A stretch of 64,000 nt of DNA from an uncultured Planctomycetaceae bacterium (GCA_963776055.1 CAVZLD010000005.1:121685-185684); one strand, 5' to 3'; shown: positions 9,601-20,700, numbered from the stretch's first letter. The notes: generated from the sequence alone by a model not told the origin. Made by a program: numbers and translations.

Positions 9601-12600
9601 CCGAGCGACCCTCGACAAGATCGAGGCGGGCGATCCGGATGCGCAGAAGGGCACCATCCGAATTTACCAGGGCAGGCCCGAAGTGCTGGCGCAGATCAAG
9701 GGGCTGCTTCCTCAGGTAGCCCCCGAGGCGGAATTGATGCCCGACACGCAGACCGACCGGTTGACGGTCTGGGCACAGCCGCAGGAACACACCGCAATCG
9801 AAACGCAGCTGAAGTCTCTCGAAGACCAACTCCAGCCAATCGATCTGCAACTGGCCACGTACCCGCTCCAGCGCGCGTCGACGGCGGAAGCGACGCAGTT
9901 ACTTCAATCGGTGATTCCCGATCTGCAGTTTCTTACTTCCGCGGATCCGCAACAACTGTTGATTCGAGCACGCCCGGAAGACCACACGCTGATTCAGAAG
10001 ACGCTGGCCGAGCTGGATCAGGTCTTGTCGCAACCTCAGGCGACCGAAGTCAAGGTGTACTCGCTCGGGAGCATGGCCCCCGACACGTTGACCCCCCTGC
10101 TCGACCCGAAACTGACCGCTGGCATGTCGGTGATTCCCGACGCAGAACGCAAGGCTTTGGTCGTCCGAGGAACGGCCGAGCAGCACATCGAACTCAAGGC
10201 GGCGATCGATGAAATCCTCCTGCGACTGGCGGATGCGCCCGAAAAAGTCTCCAAGGTCTATCGGTTTCAACACGCCGATCCCGCGGCGACAAGACTGACT
10301 CTGTTGCAGTTGCTACCCACCAGTGCCTTCGTCGTCGACCTGGCCGCACGAAGCCTGACCGCCAACGCTCTGCCGGCCGATCACGAACGCATCGAACAGA
10401 TCATCCAACAACTCGACCAACCACCGAATGATAACCGCGAGACGGTTGTCTATCGTTTGGAACAGGGCGACGTGTATGCTTTACTCACAACGCTGCGGTC
10501 GCTGCTGCCGGAGGCGGTCTTTGGCGTCGATCGCTCCAGCCGCACGCTGGTCGCCACGGCCTCCCCCACCGATCAGCAACGCATTCGGCAGGTCGTCCAA
10601 CAGATGGATGATCCCGAATTCCGCGCGTTGGAGACCAGAGTGTACCGTGTCCAAATGCGGCGGCTGTACAGCCTGCGGTATTCGTTGAATGCCATTTCGC
10701 CCGACGCCATCATTGTCACCGACGAGGACAACGGCCTGCTCGTCGCCACCGCCAGCCCCGCCGATCACGAGAAGATCCAGGCGATTATCAAGCAGCTGAA
10801 TGATTCTCAGGCGGAGACACGAGAAACGAAAGTCTATCACTTCCAGTATGCCGACCCCGCCTCGGTCCGGCTGACGCTCTTGCAGATGTTGCCCCGGAGT
10901 CTCCTATCGATCGACCCGGCCACCAAGAGCCTGATCGCCAACGCATCACCGGAAGACCAGCTACGGATCGATGAAATGGTGCAGCAGTTGGACCAACCCG
11001 CCGATGACGGGCGTGAGACGGCCGTCTACCGGCTGCAGGAAGGGGACGTCTATGCCCTGCTGAATAGCTTGCAGTCACTGCTGCCCAATGTCGCCTTCGG
11101 CGTCGACCGGTCCAGCCGCACGCTGATTGCCACCGCCACCCCGGAGGAACAAGAACGCATCAGCAAGGTTGTCGAGGAAATGGATGACCCCGAGTTCAGC
11201 GCAATGGAGACCAAAGTCTATCGAGTGGAAATGGGAGAACTCTATAGCCTGCGGTACGCGTTGCGATCGCTGTCGCGCGAAGCGATCATCGTGACCGACG
11301 AAGAAAACGGTTTGTTAGTCGCGACCGCCAGCCCCGCCGATCAGAAGAAGATCTCCGCCGTCATCACGCAATTGAACGATCCGGAGGCCAACCAGCGGGA
11401 AACCAAAGTGTATCGTCTGCAAGCCGGCGAACTCTACGGCGTCCGGCAGGCACTCCGATCGATGTTGCCCCGAGCCAGTATCTCCGTCGATGATGAAAAT
11501 CGCGCGATCCTCGTAACGGCGTCCACCGAGGATCACGCCCGCATCAAACAGGTTTTGGATGAACTCGATTCGCCCGATGCCGACACCCGTCAGACGAAGG
11601 TCTATCGGTTGAAGTACGGTGACGTCTATGCGGCGCAGTCGGCTTTGGAAGCCCTGCTGCCCCAGGCAGTCATCGCCGCCGACAGAAGCACCCGCGCACT
11701 GGTGGCAACCGCCTCCACAGCAGATCACCTGCGGATCGATACAGCGCTTCAAGAATTGGATGCGGCGCGGGAAGACCCCACGGAAACACGAGTCTACAAC
11801 TTTGAACTGGGCGATGTCGAAGCGGCAGAAACGGTGTTGGAGGAACTACTGCCGGAGGCAGTGTTCGCCGTCGATACCGACAACAAGTTGCTCGTCGCCA
11901 CCGCCTCCCCCAGCGAACATGAACGAATCCAGGCCACCGTCAAGGAACTGGATCGGCCCAATGCCGAGCAACCCTCCCTGCAGGCATACCGTATCGTGAA
12001 GGCGAACTTTCAGTCAGTCTACGAAGCACTCGACGACGTGTTCCGCCGGCAGTACGAAGTACGGATTTCCGCAGACCCGGAAAACCAGACGATCCTTGTC
12101 CAAGCGCCGCCGGAAGAACACCGCACCATCGCGCAGCTCGTTTCCCAAATGGAAAATGCCTCCGACGAGAGTCTCCGACGACGACTCGTCGTCTACCCGC
12201 TCAAGGGAGAGGCCGACGATTCGGTGCTAAACGCTCTCCAGGATCTGTTCACCAACCAGCAACCGGAGGTCGAACTGTCACTCGATACAACGGCCGACCA
12301 GGTCCTGGCCGTCGCCACCGAAAAACAACATGAATTGATCCGGGGCGCGGTGGAACAGATGCAGGGCGGCGAAACGCTGATGGAGGTCTTCCCCTTGCAG
12401 ACTATGGATCCCTTTTTCGCCGAACTGGCGATCGACCGGCTCTACACGGATGACAATGATCCGCCCGTCGCCAATGGGGACAGTGAAACCCAGCAGCTGA
12501 TCGTCCGCGGAACGAGAAAACAGCTCGACGAAATCAAACAACTCCTGTCCAAAATGGGCGAACTGCCCACGACGGAGCTGGGGGGTTCCGATGGCGTGCG

Positions 12601-13948
12601 CGTGATTCCTTTCCGCGGCGATGTGCGCGAAGCGGTCGAGAAGATCCAAATGGTCTGGCCGCGGTTGCGCGGCAATCCGCTGCGCGTGATCCAGCCCACT
12701 CGCGTTCTCACACCGCTCCAGCCACAGCCGTCCGACGCAACACCCGCGGCCGAGCCTGCCCCGGCCCCGCCAACTTCGACGGCGCCGACCGACGCGGCCC
12801 CTGGGACTCCCCCACCGACGTCCCCTGCTCCCGCCGAGCAGGCCGAACAACCGACAGCAGACCGTGCCGCACATTTCGACCGGTTCCTCACGATTCCGGT
12901 CGCGGCGGTCGATCCCCCCACCGATGCCAACGCACCGGTGGAGAGCGACGGTATCCTTCCGCAGCGTGTGGAGTCGGATTCTTCCCGTACTGCCGATCTA
13001 CACGACGGGGAACCGGTACGCGAGAAAAAAGAAGCGAACGCGACCAACACGAACGAATCGGTTGGCAACAGATCGGCTGATCCCTCGGCCAAACCCTCGC
13101 CCCAAGAACAGGATGCTCCTGCCGCCAGCGTGATCCCGCCGGCGGCAGCCACACCCGCCGCCGCGGAACCGGCTGCGGAACCGGCCGTTGTACTCGTCCC
13201 CGGTCAGGATTCCATCACCGTGATGTCCGATGACCCGGAGGCCTTGATGCAGGTGGAAACGCTCCTGCGGACCCTCGCCCGCCAGAGCTCCATGGAGTCG
13301 GGCGGAGGCAATTTCGCCGTGTACGCGCTCACCAACGCAGGCGCAGGAGAAGTCGCCCAGACGCTCGATCAACTGTTCGAGAAAATGCCGTTCACCGCGC
13401 GGGTCCTTCAGCCGCGTGAGCATCGTGCCGGACGAACGACTCAACGCCCTGATCGTCCACGGTCGGCCCAACGATCGCGCCTGATCGAAGAACTCCTGCA
13501 GGTGCTCGACTCCGCCAACGTGCCCAATCTGCTGGTCAGCGGACCACCGACGATCGTTCCACTGCAACATACGGACGCCCAACGCATCGTGGAGATTCTG
13601 CAGGGAATCTATGCCAGCCAACTCCGGTCAGGAGGAACGGGACCCCGGATTTCCATCCCGCGCGGTGTGCCGTCGGAAGTTGCCTCGATGTTGAAACAAA
13701 TGAACGCCGCTGCGGCCGGCCCACTGTTAACCCTGGAGGTCGACGAAGTGACCAACTCCATCGTCATCATGGCCCCAAAGCTCCTCGCCGAAGAGGTCTC
13801 GCAGCTCGTCCATCAACTCGACCAAAAAGCCCAAGCCGAAGATACAAGAAGAATTGAAATCGTCCCACTCAAATCCGCCAAAGCGGAAGAACTCGAGGAT
13901 GCACTCCAGGACCTTCTGCGAAACCGGAGTCGGGGTCGAGGAAGATGA
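6622..13948 (+). CDS. Giant exported secretin N-domain repeat protein (~2,440 aa): signal peptide, Q-rich coiled segment, secretin N0/STN-like domain, ~30 tandem secretin_N (N1-like) modules, PT/PA-rich linker, 3 more secretin_N modules; no secretin pore domain. One apparent frameshift near 7135 and a compensating double shift near 13390-13480
   Basis: The signal peptide is MSRPRPLGPFVILVLFLSFAGPAAA. The N0-like region is FNFRDQSWIDVLDWFARQAGLSLVVNQ..TEALDLLNGVL. Removing one base at ~7135 joins NFAL to VRRDRMLICADLS, the usual continuation. The repeated module reads ETxVYRLxxGDxYxLxxxLxxLLPxAxxxVDxxSRTLVATASPxxHxRIxxVVxQLD and matches the secretin_N profile (beta strand, helix, ..NSLIV.., ..I..LD). 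The last module is RIEIVPLKSAKAEELEDALQDLL. A +1 reading at 13400-13470 gives SIVPDERLNALIVHGRPNDRA, which is the canonical secretin_N motif. Confidence 0.8.
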
Positions 13949-14294
13949 CCCCCAGACTCGCCATCGCTGCGGACGGTCACGCCCCACGAATACCCCAGGA
14001 AGTTCGTGCCGTTCTTTGAATTTCCCTTGCGCCGGAGTACGCGAACATGAATGACTCGCCTTCCGGAAGAGTCGGGCTTTCCGGTCCGGAGAGGGCGGTG
14101 TCGTTCGTCGGGAAGTCCGCCTTCCGGGGCAATGCAAGACAAGAAGCCCTCCCCGGCCGCTACCGCGTCCGACCCTCCCGCAAGCAGGTGGGTGGGTATC
14201 CGGTCTCCCGGCAAGCCGATCACCGCAGAGTGGCAAGAAAAAAAGAGGCAAGAAAGAACCACGGACTTCCACGTGCTCAGCAGCACTCAGGGGG

Positions 14295-14325
14295 TTGATC
14301 TGGTTCTACCTTGACTTGCTATAAT
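14295..14325 (+). promoter_or_regulatory. Candidate sigma70-type promoter with an extended -10 element (TGcTATAAT at 14317-14325; weak -35 TTGATC at 14295-14300) upstream of gspE
   Basis: The sequence is ttgatc-19 nt-tgctataat. It is the only near-consensus -10 in the 560-bp gap between the giant gene and gspE, and it sits ~190 nt upstream of the gspE start. Confidence 0.35.
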
Positions 14326-14511
14326 AGCGTCACTACCCTACCGTACGAATGCTCCGAGAGAACTGTACGGGCTACCGCCTGCCTAGAGACCGACCCGACC
14401 CCGCAAGGGTTCCCGCCGTTCGACAACCAGATGCTACGGAAGATCGCCAGCGGGCCATCTTCCGTCCTACCTCCGCGTCGCCGAGAGGCGACCCACTAAC
14501 GAAACGCAACC

Positions 14512-16212
14512 ATGAGCGCAACACTTGTTGTTCAACACGTGCCGAGCACGGTGGTGGTCGCGCCAACCGACCTGAGACAGATTCGCCGGATTCTGGCCGA
14601 CGGTGGAACGCTGGACGATGTCGCCGCCGAACTGCGACTGGCTTCGGCCGAAGTCGCGTTGGGCGCGATCGCTAGTTCGCTGGGGCTGCAGGTAGCCGAC
14701 TTGGCGCGTTGCGAGGTCGATTCCGAAGTGTTGGCCGAATTCCCGCCCAAGTTGGTGCACCGGTATCGCGTGCTGCCCCTGGGACAGGCGGACGACGCCT
14801 TGCTGATTCTGACGAGTGACCCGTTCGACCTGCATGCGATGGACGCGGTCAGCGCAGCGATCGGTCAGCGCGTGACACCGATCCTGGCGCTGCCGGACGA
14901 TCTGGCCAAGCTGATCAAGACACACTTGGGAGTCGGTGCGGAAACGATTGACGATCTGCTGGCGCAATCCGGCGACGACGCGATCGAAATGCTGGAGGAG
15001 GTCCAGTTCGACAACAGCGAAGCCGCCGAAATGGCGCAACAGGCTTCGGTCGTTCGACTGGTCAACGAAATCCTCTCGGAAGCAGTCGTGGCACAAGCCA
15101 GCGACATCCACATCGAATCTCAGGAATCGGGGATCAAGATTCGCTATCGAATTGACGGTGTGCTGCAGCGTCAGCCAACGCCACCGGAGATGAACCGTTT
15201 CCACGCAGCCATCGTCAGTCGTCTGAAGATCATGTCGAAGATGAACATCGCCGAGAAGCGAGTTCCTCAAGACGGTCGCATCAAGCTGCACGTGGCGGGT
15301 CGCGAGGTGGATATCCGCGTCTCGATGATTCCGATGCTACACGGCGAAGGGATTGTGATGCGAGTCTTGGACAAGTCTCGCATTCAGTTCTCGTTGCAGG
15401 ACATCGGGATGCCGCAGGAAGTGTATGACTCGTTTCAGCGGCTGATCCGGTTGCCGCACGGCATTCTGCTGGTGACCGGGCCGACCGGCTCGGGGAAGAC
15501 CACCACGCTCTACAGCGCACTGAACGAAATCAAAAGCGAAGACACGAAGATCATCACCACGGAAGATCCGATCGAGTATCAGTTGGAAGGGATCAATCAG
15601 ATCCAAGTCCATTCGAAAGTCGGACTGACGTTTGCCACAAGTCTGCGCAGCATTCTGCGACACGATCCCGATGTGGTCCTGGTTGGTGAAATCCGCGACT
15701 TGGAAACGGCCGAGAATGCGACGCAGGCCTCGCTGACCGGGCACCTCGTTTTCAGCACGCTGCACACGAACGATTCGTCCGGCGCCTTCATGCGGCTGTG
15801 TGACATGGGTGTGGAGCCATTTCTGGTCAGCAGTACAGTGGAGGGCGTGATGGCGCAGCGATTGGTTCGCACGTTGTGTCGGCACTGCCGGCAGGCGTAC
15901 GTGCCGCGTGCGGAGGATTTACCCGAGGATTTCCCCTACGAGCAGATGCGGGATCAGCGCCAGAACCTGTACCGCGCCGTCGGTTGTCGCACATGCCGTG
16001 GCACTGGATACGCGGGACGAGTGGGGATTTACGAGTTGCTGGTGTCGACGGACGAGGTTCGCCACTTGGCCAGCGAACGAGCGCCCTCGAATATCGTCAA
16101 GCGGGCGGCGATGGCCGCCGGTATGCGCACCTTACGATCGGACGGATGGTCCAAGGCTTGCCGCGGGCTGACCACCGTCGATGAAGTGCTCCGCGTGACG
16201 AAGGCCGACTGA
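14512..16212 (+). CDS. gspE: Type II secretion / type IV pilus assembly ATPase GspE/PilB family
   Basis: A T2SS-E N-domain is present. The Walker A is LVTGPTGSGKTTTL, and the Asp and His boxes are present (ITTEDPIEY, LVGEIRD, STLHTND). The C-terminal tetracysteine is CRHC...CRTCRGTGY. Confidence 0.95.
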   Translation: MSATLVVQHVPSTVVVAPTDLRQIRRILADGGTLDDVAAELRLASAEVALGAIASSLGLQVADLARCEVDSEVLAEFPPKLVHRYRVLPLGQADDALLILTSDPFDLHAMDAVSAAIGQRVTPILALPDDLAKLIKTHLGVGAETIDDLLAQSGDDAIEMLEEVQFDNSEAAEMAQQASVVRLVNEILSEAVVAQASDIHIESQESGIKIRYRIDGVLQRQPTPPEMNRFHAAIVSRLKIMSKMNIAEKRVPQDGRIKLHVAGREVDIRVSMIPMLHGEGIVMRVLDKSRIQFSLQDIGMPQEVYDSFQRLIRLPHGILLVTGPTGSGKTTTLYSALNEIKSEDTKIITTEDPIEYQLEGINQIQVHSKVGLTFATSLRSILRHDPDVVLVGEIRDLETAENATQASLTGHLVFSTLHTNDSSGAFMRLCDMGVEPFLVSSTVEGVMAQRLVRTLCRHCRQAYVPRAEDLPEDFPYEQMRDQRQNLYRAVGCRTCRGTGYAGRVGIYELLVSTDEVRHLASERAPSNIVKRAAMAAGMRTLRSDGWSKACRGLTTVDEVLRVTKAD

Positions 16213-16227
16213 CCGCGGCAACGCACC

Positions 16228-17451
16228 ATGCCCGAATTCGCCTATACAGCTCGAGGACTGGACGGACAAAATGTGACCGGCCAGCTAACGGCGACCAATC
16301 GCCGAGAGGCACTGGCGACTCTTTCACAGCAGTCTCTCTTCCCGCTGAAACTCGAAGACCAGGCCGCTCACGGCATGGCCAGTCGTTGGGCGCAGCGCGG
16401 TACGCGGAAGCGGGTTCGGCCCGAACAGGTGGCCGCCTGTCTGCGCCAACTATCCGATCTATTGCAGAACGGCGTTCCGCTTTTGGATTCGTTGAATCTG
16501 CTGGCCGAGGAATCTCCCAATCCGGCATTGCAGGAAGTGATGGGGGATGTCCGCGACCAAGTCGCTGAAGGAGCGACGCTCGAGGATGCGGTCGCCCGAC
16601 ATCCACGCGTCTTTTCTGATCTGACGGTCAGCATGATCCGAGCGGGTTCCGAGGGTGCCTTCTTGGAAGAGGCGCTGACGCGGATCGCCGGTTTCCTGGA
16701 ATTGCAGGAGGAGCTGAAGAGCAAGGTCAAAGGCGCCATGGCCTATCCAACGTTTCTGATGATTGGCGGCATCTTGGTGACGGTCGTACTAATCATCTTT
16801 TTCGTGCCCAAGTTCGAAGGCTTGTTTGAACGCCTGGAACGACAAGGCAACGGATTACCGCTCGCGACCGTGTTGCTGTTGGGAATCAGTGACTTTCTGA
16901 CGCGGTACGGCCTACTGCTGCTGCTCGGCCTGGTGGGGCTCGTGTTGGGACTCCGCCATCTACTTCAGACACCCGCCGGAATCCGCTTCACGGACTACTG
17001 GAAGTTGCAACTGCCGATTGCCGGCAAGATCTTCCACAACTCGGCCGTCTCCCGATTCTGCCGCGTCCTGGGTACGCTGCTGCACAACGGAGTGCCGATC
17101 CTCAAAGCCCTGGATATCAGTAGCGGCTCGGTCGGAAACCAGTTGCTGGCCGAAGCGATCCAGAATTCCGCCGAGAACATTTCCTCGGGGCAAACACTCT
17201 CGGCGCCACTGGCCGACTGCGGCCTGATCCCGCCCTCCACCATGGCGATGATCCGCGTGGCGGAGGAATCCAATTCCTTAGACACTGTTCTGGTCAACAT
17301 CGCCGACGGAATCGACAAGCAGGTCAAGCGCCAGTTGACGATGATGGTTCGTTTCGTGGAACCGGTCATGCTCGTGATGATCGGCGTCGCGGTTCTGTTC
17401 GTTCTGGTCGCGCTGTTGTTGCCGGTCTTCGATATGAGTGCGGCGATTTGA
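16228..17451 (+). CDS. gspF: Type II secretion system inner-membrane platform protein GspF/PilC family
   Basis: It has two GspF repeats. Typical sequences are LLQNGVPLLDSL and LHNGVPILKAL, and there are three TM segments. It is 407 aa. Confidence 0.95.
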   Translation: MPEFAYTARGLDGQNVTGQLTATNRREALATLSQQSLFPLKLEDQAAHGMASRWAQRGTRKRVRPEQVAACLRQLSDLLQNGVPLLDSLNLLAEESPNPALQEVMGDVRDQVAEGATLEDAVARHPRVFSDLTVSMIRAGSEGAFLEEALTRIAGFLELQEELKSKVKGAMAYPTFLMIGGILVTVVLIIFFVPKFEGLFERLERQGNGLPLATVLLLGISDFLTRYGLLLLLGLVGLVLGLRHLLQTPAGIRFTDYWKLQLPIAGKIFHNSAVSRFCRVLGTLLHNGVPILKALDISSGSVGNQLLAEAIQNSAENISSGQTLSAPLADCGLIPPSTMAMIRVAEESNSLDTVLVNIADGIDKQVKRQLTMMVRFVEPVMLVMIGVAVLFVLVALLLPVFDMSAAI

Positions 17452-17478
17452 TTCAATTACCAAAGAGGGGAAAGAAAC

Positions 17479-17988
17479 ATGCCTTGCAAGAAAACTCGCC
17501 ATCGAAGTCGAGCGGGCTTCACGCTGATCGAAATCATGATCGTGCTGGCAATTCTCGTGTTGCTGGTCGCGATGGTCGGGCCTCGACTGCTGCGCACGCA
17601 GGAGCAGGCCGACCTGAAGATCACCGTCACGCAGATCGAAAACCTGGAGCAGGCACTCGATTTTTACAAGGTGGACACACGCAGCTACCCGACGACGGAA
17701 GAAGGCTTGAAAGCTTTGTTGCAGAAACCGACGGACGAGACCCGCGGGAAGAACTGGGCCGGGCCCTACCTGGAAGAAGATGCTCTGCCCGCCGACCCCT
17801 GGGGCAATCCGTTCCAATACGAGTTTCCGCCGACCAAGGGTGGTTCAACCGACAAACCGAACATCTGGTCGTTCGGTCCCGATGGTCAGGATGCCACCGA
17901 AGATGACATCATCAACTGGACAGAGGGCAGCAACGATGGCTCGGGCAGCGAGATCTCCGAGAGCGACAGCATGGAATTCGCACCGTAA
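17479..17988 (+). CDS. gspG: Major pseudopilin GspG
   Basis: The prepilin leader plus GFTLIEIMIVLAIL is present. The GspG core is YPTTEEGLKALLQKP..WAGPYL..PADPWGNPFQYEFP. An acidic Ser-rich C-terminal tail is present. Confidence 0.9.
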   Translation: MPCKKTRHRSRAGFTLIEIMIVLAILVLLVAMVGPRLLRTQEQADLKITVTQIENLEQALDFYKVDTRSYPTTEEGLKALLQKPTDETRGKNWAGPYLEEDALPADPWGNPFQYEFPPTKGGSTDKPNIWSFGPDGQDATEDDIINWTEGSNDGSGSEISESDSMEFAP

Positions 17989-18821
17989 CCACGCTTACAC
18001 CCTCCTGGAACTGGTGATCGTGCTTTCGGTGATTGGGCTGCTGGCCGGCCTGAGTTGGCCGGTGCTGATGCGCCCTTGGTCCAAGAGCCAAGTGCAGCAG
18101 GCCGCACAGGACCTCAGTCGGGAATTGATGCGCGCCCGACTGAACGCCATCGAAAAGGGACAGATCTTTCGGCTCCGTTGGCGACCGGGAACCGGCGAAT
18201 TCGAGCTCCGTCGCTGGCGACCGCCCTCCCCCGAGTTCGTTCTGCTGGGCGATGAATCCGAGCCGGCGCTTTCCCCCCCGACACGAATCGCCTGCCCACC
18301 CTGCCGCGAGTGATCCGTTGACGGCAGAACCCGTGACGGAACGCGGCGCCGAAGACGGGACGGACGCATTCGCCAGCGAAGACACCACGACATCCACATC
18401 GCCCTCCTTGCGAGAGTTGCCCAACGGGGTCCTATTCTGGGACCCGACGCAGCCAACCGAGCCCCTGGGCGCCTCGCTGTTGCGTGAGCCGACGCTGGCG
18501 AGAGAAATGGGGCAAGATGATCCGAGCCTGGCCTTTTTGCCGGCCGAGGAATCCACCAGCGACGATTTGCCCACCAACAGCCGTTCCTCGGTTCCCTGGT
18601 CGCCTTCGATTTGGTTCTATCCGGACGGTCGAACATCCAACGCTCGGTGGACTCTGATCAGTGAAGACGGTTACCAGATCGACGTGACTCTCCGCGGCTG
18701 GGTCGGTTCGGTCCAAGTCGGTCCGGTGCAGCTGCAACCGATGTTGGAAAGCGAGCTCGACGGGGTGGAGTCCGACAACACGGCCGTGGCCGCGGACCGC
18801 CGCCCCGCGATCGACCTATGA
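17936..18821 (+). CDS. Minor pseudopilin, GspH-like (two overlapping frames, 17936-18313 and 18252-18821, probably one gene with a frameshift near 18250-18310)
   Basis: The N-terminal frame has the prepilin-type helix AYTLLELVIVLSVIGLLAGLSWPVL. The downstream frame has the GspH-like C-terminus WFYPDGRTSNARWTLISEDGYQIDVTLRGWVG. The putative ATG at 17936 overlaps the gspG 3' end. Confidence 0.5.
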
Positions 18822-19256
18822 GGCGTGGACTGTCACTGCTGGAGGTCATCATTGCGCTGGCGATTCTCGCTGGCAGCGCCGCGGTACTGGCCCAGTTGAT
18901 GAGTCTCGGACGGCGTCATGCTTTGCGCAGCCGACGTCAGTGAAGCGCAATCCCTGTGTCAGAATCTGCTGAATGAGCTGCTCGCCGGAACGCTGCCCTG
19001 GGAGATGGTCGAATCGGAGCCGATTGATCCATTCTCTCCTTGGGAGTATTCCGTGCAGATCGAGCCGCTCGGTGACGGACGATTGTCCTCCGTTTCGATT
19101 GTCGTCACGCAGTTATTGGAAGAACAGATCGAAGTCGCCGATACCGAGACCCCCGCTCCCCCCCAGTTCCGGTTGACTCGCTGGGTCTACCATCCCGATG
19201 GTCCGCGCGATCTGGCGGGCGAGCCAGACTTCGGCGGTGCCTCCTTGTTTGAATAA
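18818..19256 (+). CDS. Minor pseudopilin, GspI-like (frameshift near 18905-18940)
   Basis: The ATG at 18818 overlaps the upstream stop (ATGA). The N-terminus MRRGLSLLEVIIALAILAGSAAVLAQL is a prepilin N-terminus. A premature TGA at 18939-18941 is followed, in another frame, by the GspI-like body EAQSLCQNLLNELLAGTLPWE...WEYSVQIEPLGDG... Confidence 0.6.
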
Positions 19257-19263
19257 CCTCGCC

Positions 19264-20700
19264 ATGGATTCGATCGTAAAACGAAATGGGTGGTTACATG
19301 CCTCGCTGGTGGGCCTGCGCGCGCGATGCGAGCTGGGCCCACCCTACCGCGGTGGCCCTCTCCCACCGGATTCGGCAAGCCCGATCGATCCGCCCACGAT
19401 CCACGCCGTTCATCCCCCCATCACCGATCCAGAACAAACCATCCCCCCAGCGCGGCTCCATCCTGTCGGATGGCGCAATCCTGTAGGGTGGGCTCAGCGA
19501 AGCGCAAGCCCACCATCCCAACACCCCGCAACCCCTCCGCCGTCCGGCTTCACTTTGCTGGAAATCATCATTGCGATGGTGCTGATGGCCGTTTTGATGA
19601 TGGCCACCTGGAGCTTGCTGGGCATCTACCGTGGCCAATTCGAGCGCAACCAACAGCGAGCGGAACGCTCCCAAATCATTCGTTCGCTGCGACAACGGCT
19701 GGAAGCGGATGTTCGGTCGTGCGTAACGGCGCCATCGAGCTCACCGCCAACCGATCCCGCGTCCACCGACGAGGACCCGGCCGCCGCCACGGATGACTCG
19801 GAACAGGCCGCGACGAATCGGAGGAACGCTAGCCTGGAACCACCATTCGGCGGCGACGCAACCGAGCCCATCCTGAGCGAGCCATTCCTCGGCGAGTCGA
19901 TGAGCGCGGTCGGGCCGGACCTTGCTGCGGAGTTGACCGGCGAACTGTGGCTCCAGCCGGCGATTGGACTGCGCGGCAACGCACGGGGTCTGGTCCTGGA
20001 TCGACTGGTGCCCCTGGAGCATCCTCGTGCGCTGATCGAGGGCACCGCCGTGGACCTGCAAACACCGATTCCCGATGTGGTGCGTCGCGTGATCTATGTC
20101 TTCACGGACGAGGCAACTTCCCTTCGGCAAGGCCGCCCGGCCGGGCTGCTGCGGTGCGAGTGGACGGAGCAGGAGATGCAGGTGCTTCGTTCCGCCGCTG
20201 GTGGAGGGGACCTGTTTGCGCTGCTGGAAACACTGGTACCGGACTGGCCGGTCGTCGAGGCGACCGACGGGATCTCGGACTGGACGGAGCCAGCCGTCGC
20301 GGAACGCGACCGTGACCTGGGACGCACTTCGTCGACCGAACTGGAGCAACTGACCGCGGAAATCACTCAGCGCGTCGACTTGCTGCCGGAGATGACCGCC
20401 TTTCGGCTGCGCTACTACGGCGGCGGCGGATGGCAGGATCGCTGGGACAGCCGGCAACAAAATGCGCTTCCGGTCGCGATCGAATTGCGGTTCGATGTGA
20501 AACGACTCGAGGCGAAAGCGGACGAAACGGCCGAAATCGATCCCATCACGGGGCTACCCATCGAGGAGTCGGCCGCAGAATTGCTGAACGAACCTCCCGA
20601 TGACGAACTGACGGAACCGATCGACCCGCGTCAGATGTCCGTCCAGACCAAAATGCTGATGGCGCAAGAACAAGACCAGCGGGTCGTCCTGTTTTTCCAT
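19264..20700 (+). CDS. Minor pseudopilin, GspJ-like (start and 3' end uncertain)
   Basis: The prepilin motif PPPSGFTLLEIIIAMVLMAVLM is at ~19540. The GspJ-like C-terminus reads AFRLRYYGGGGWQDRWDS..LPVAIELRFDV. The nearest in-frame ATG (19264) would give an implausible ~107-aa leader. No stop occurs until 21282, which overlaps the next gene, so a frameshift or non-ATG start is likely. Confidence 0.55.

Noticed and set aside
7700-13621. Multiple 100-240-aa ORFs on the minus strand and in alternate plus frames within the giant gene
   Set aside because: They lie within the 2,281-aa repeat-protein frame, whose translation shows a clear, periodic domain structure. The alternate frames are low complexity.
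17780-17935. Upstream extension of the GspH-like ORF to the ATG at 17780
   Set aside because: The first 52 codons overlap the gspG coding sequence in another frame and are low complexity. The prepilin helix begins near 17990.
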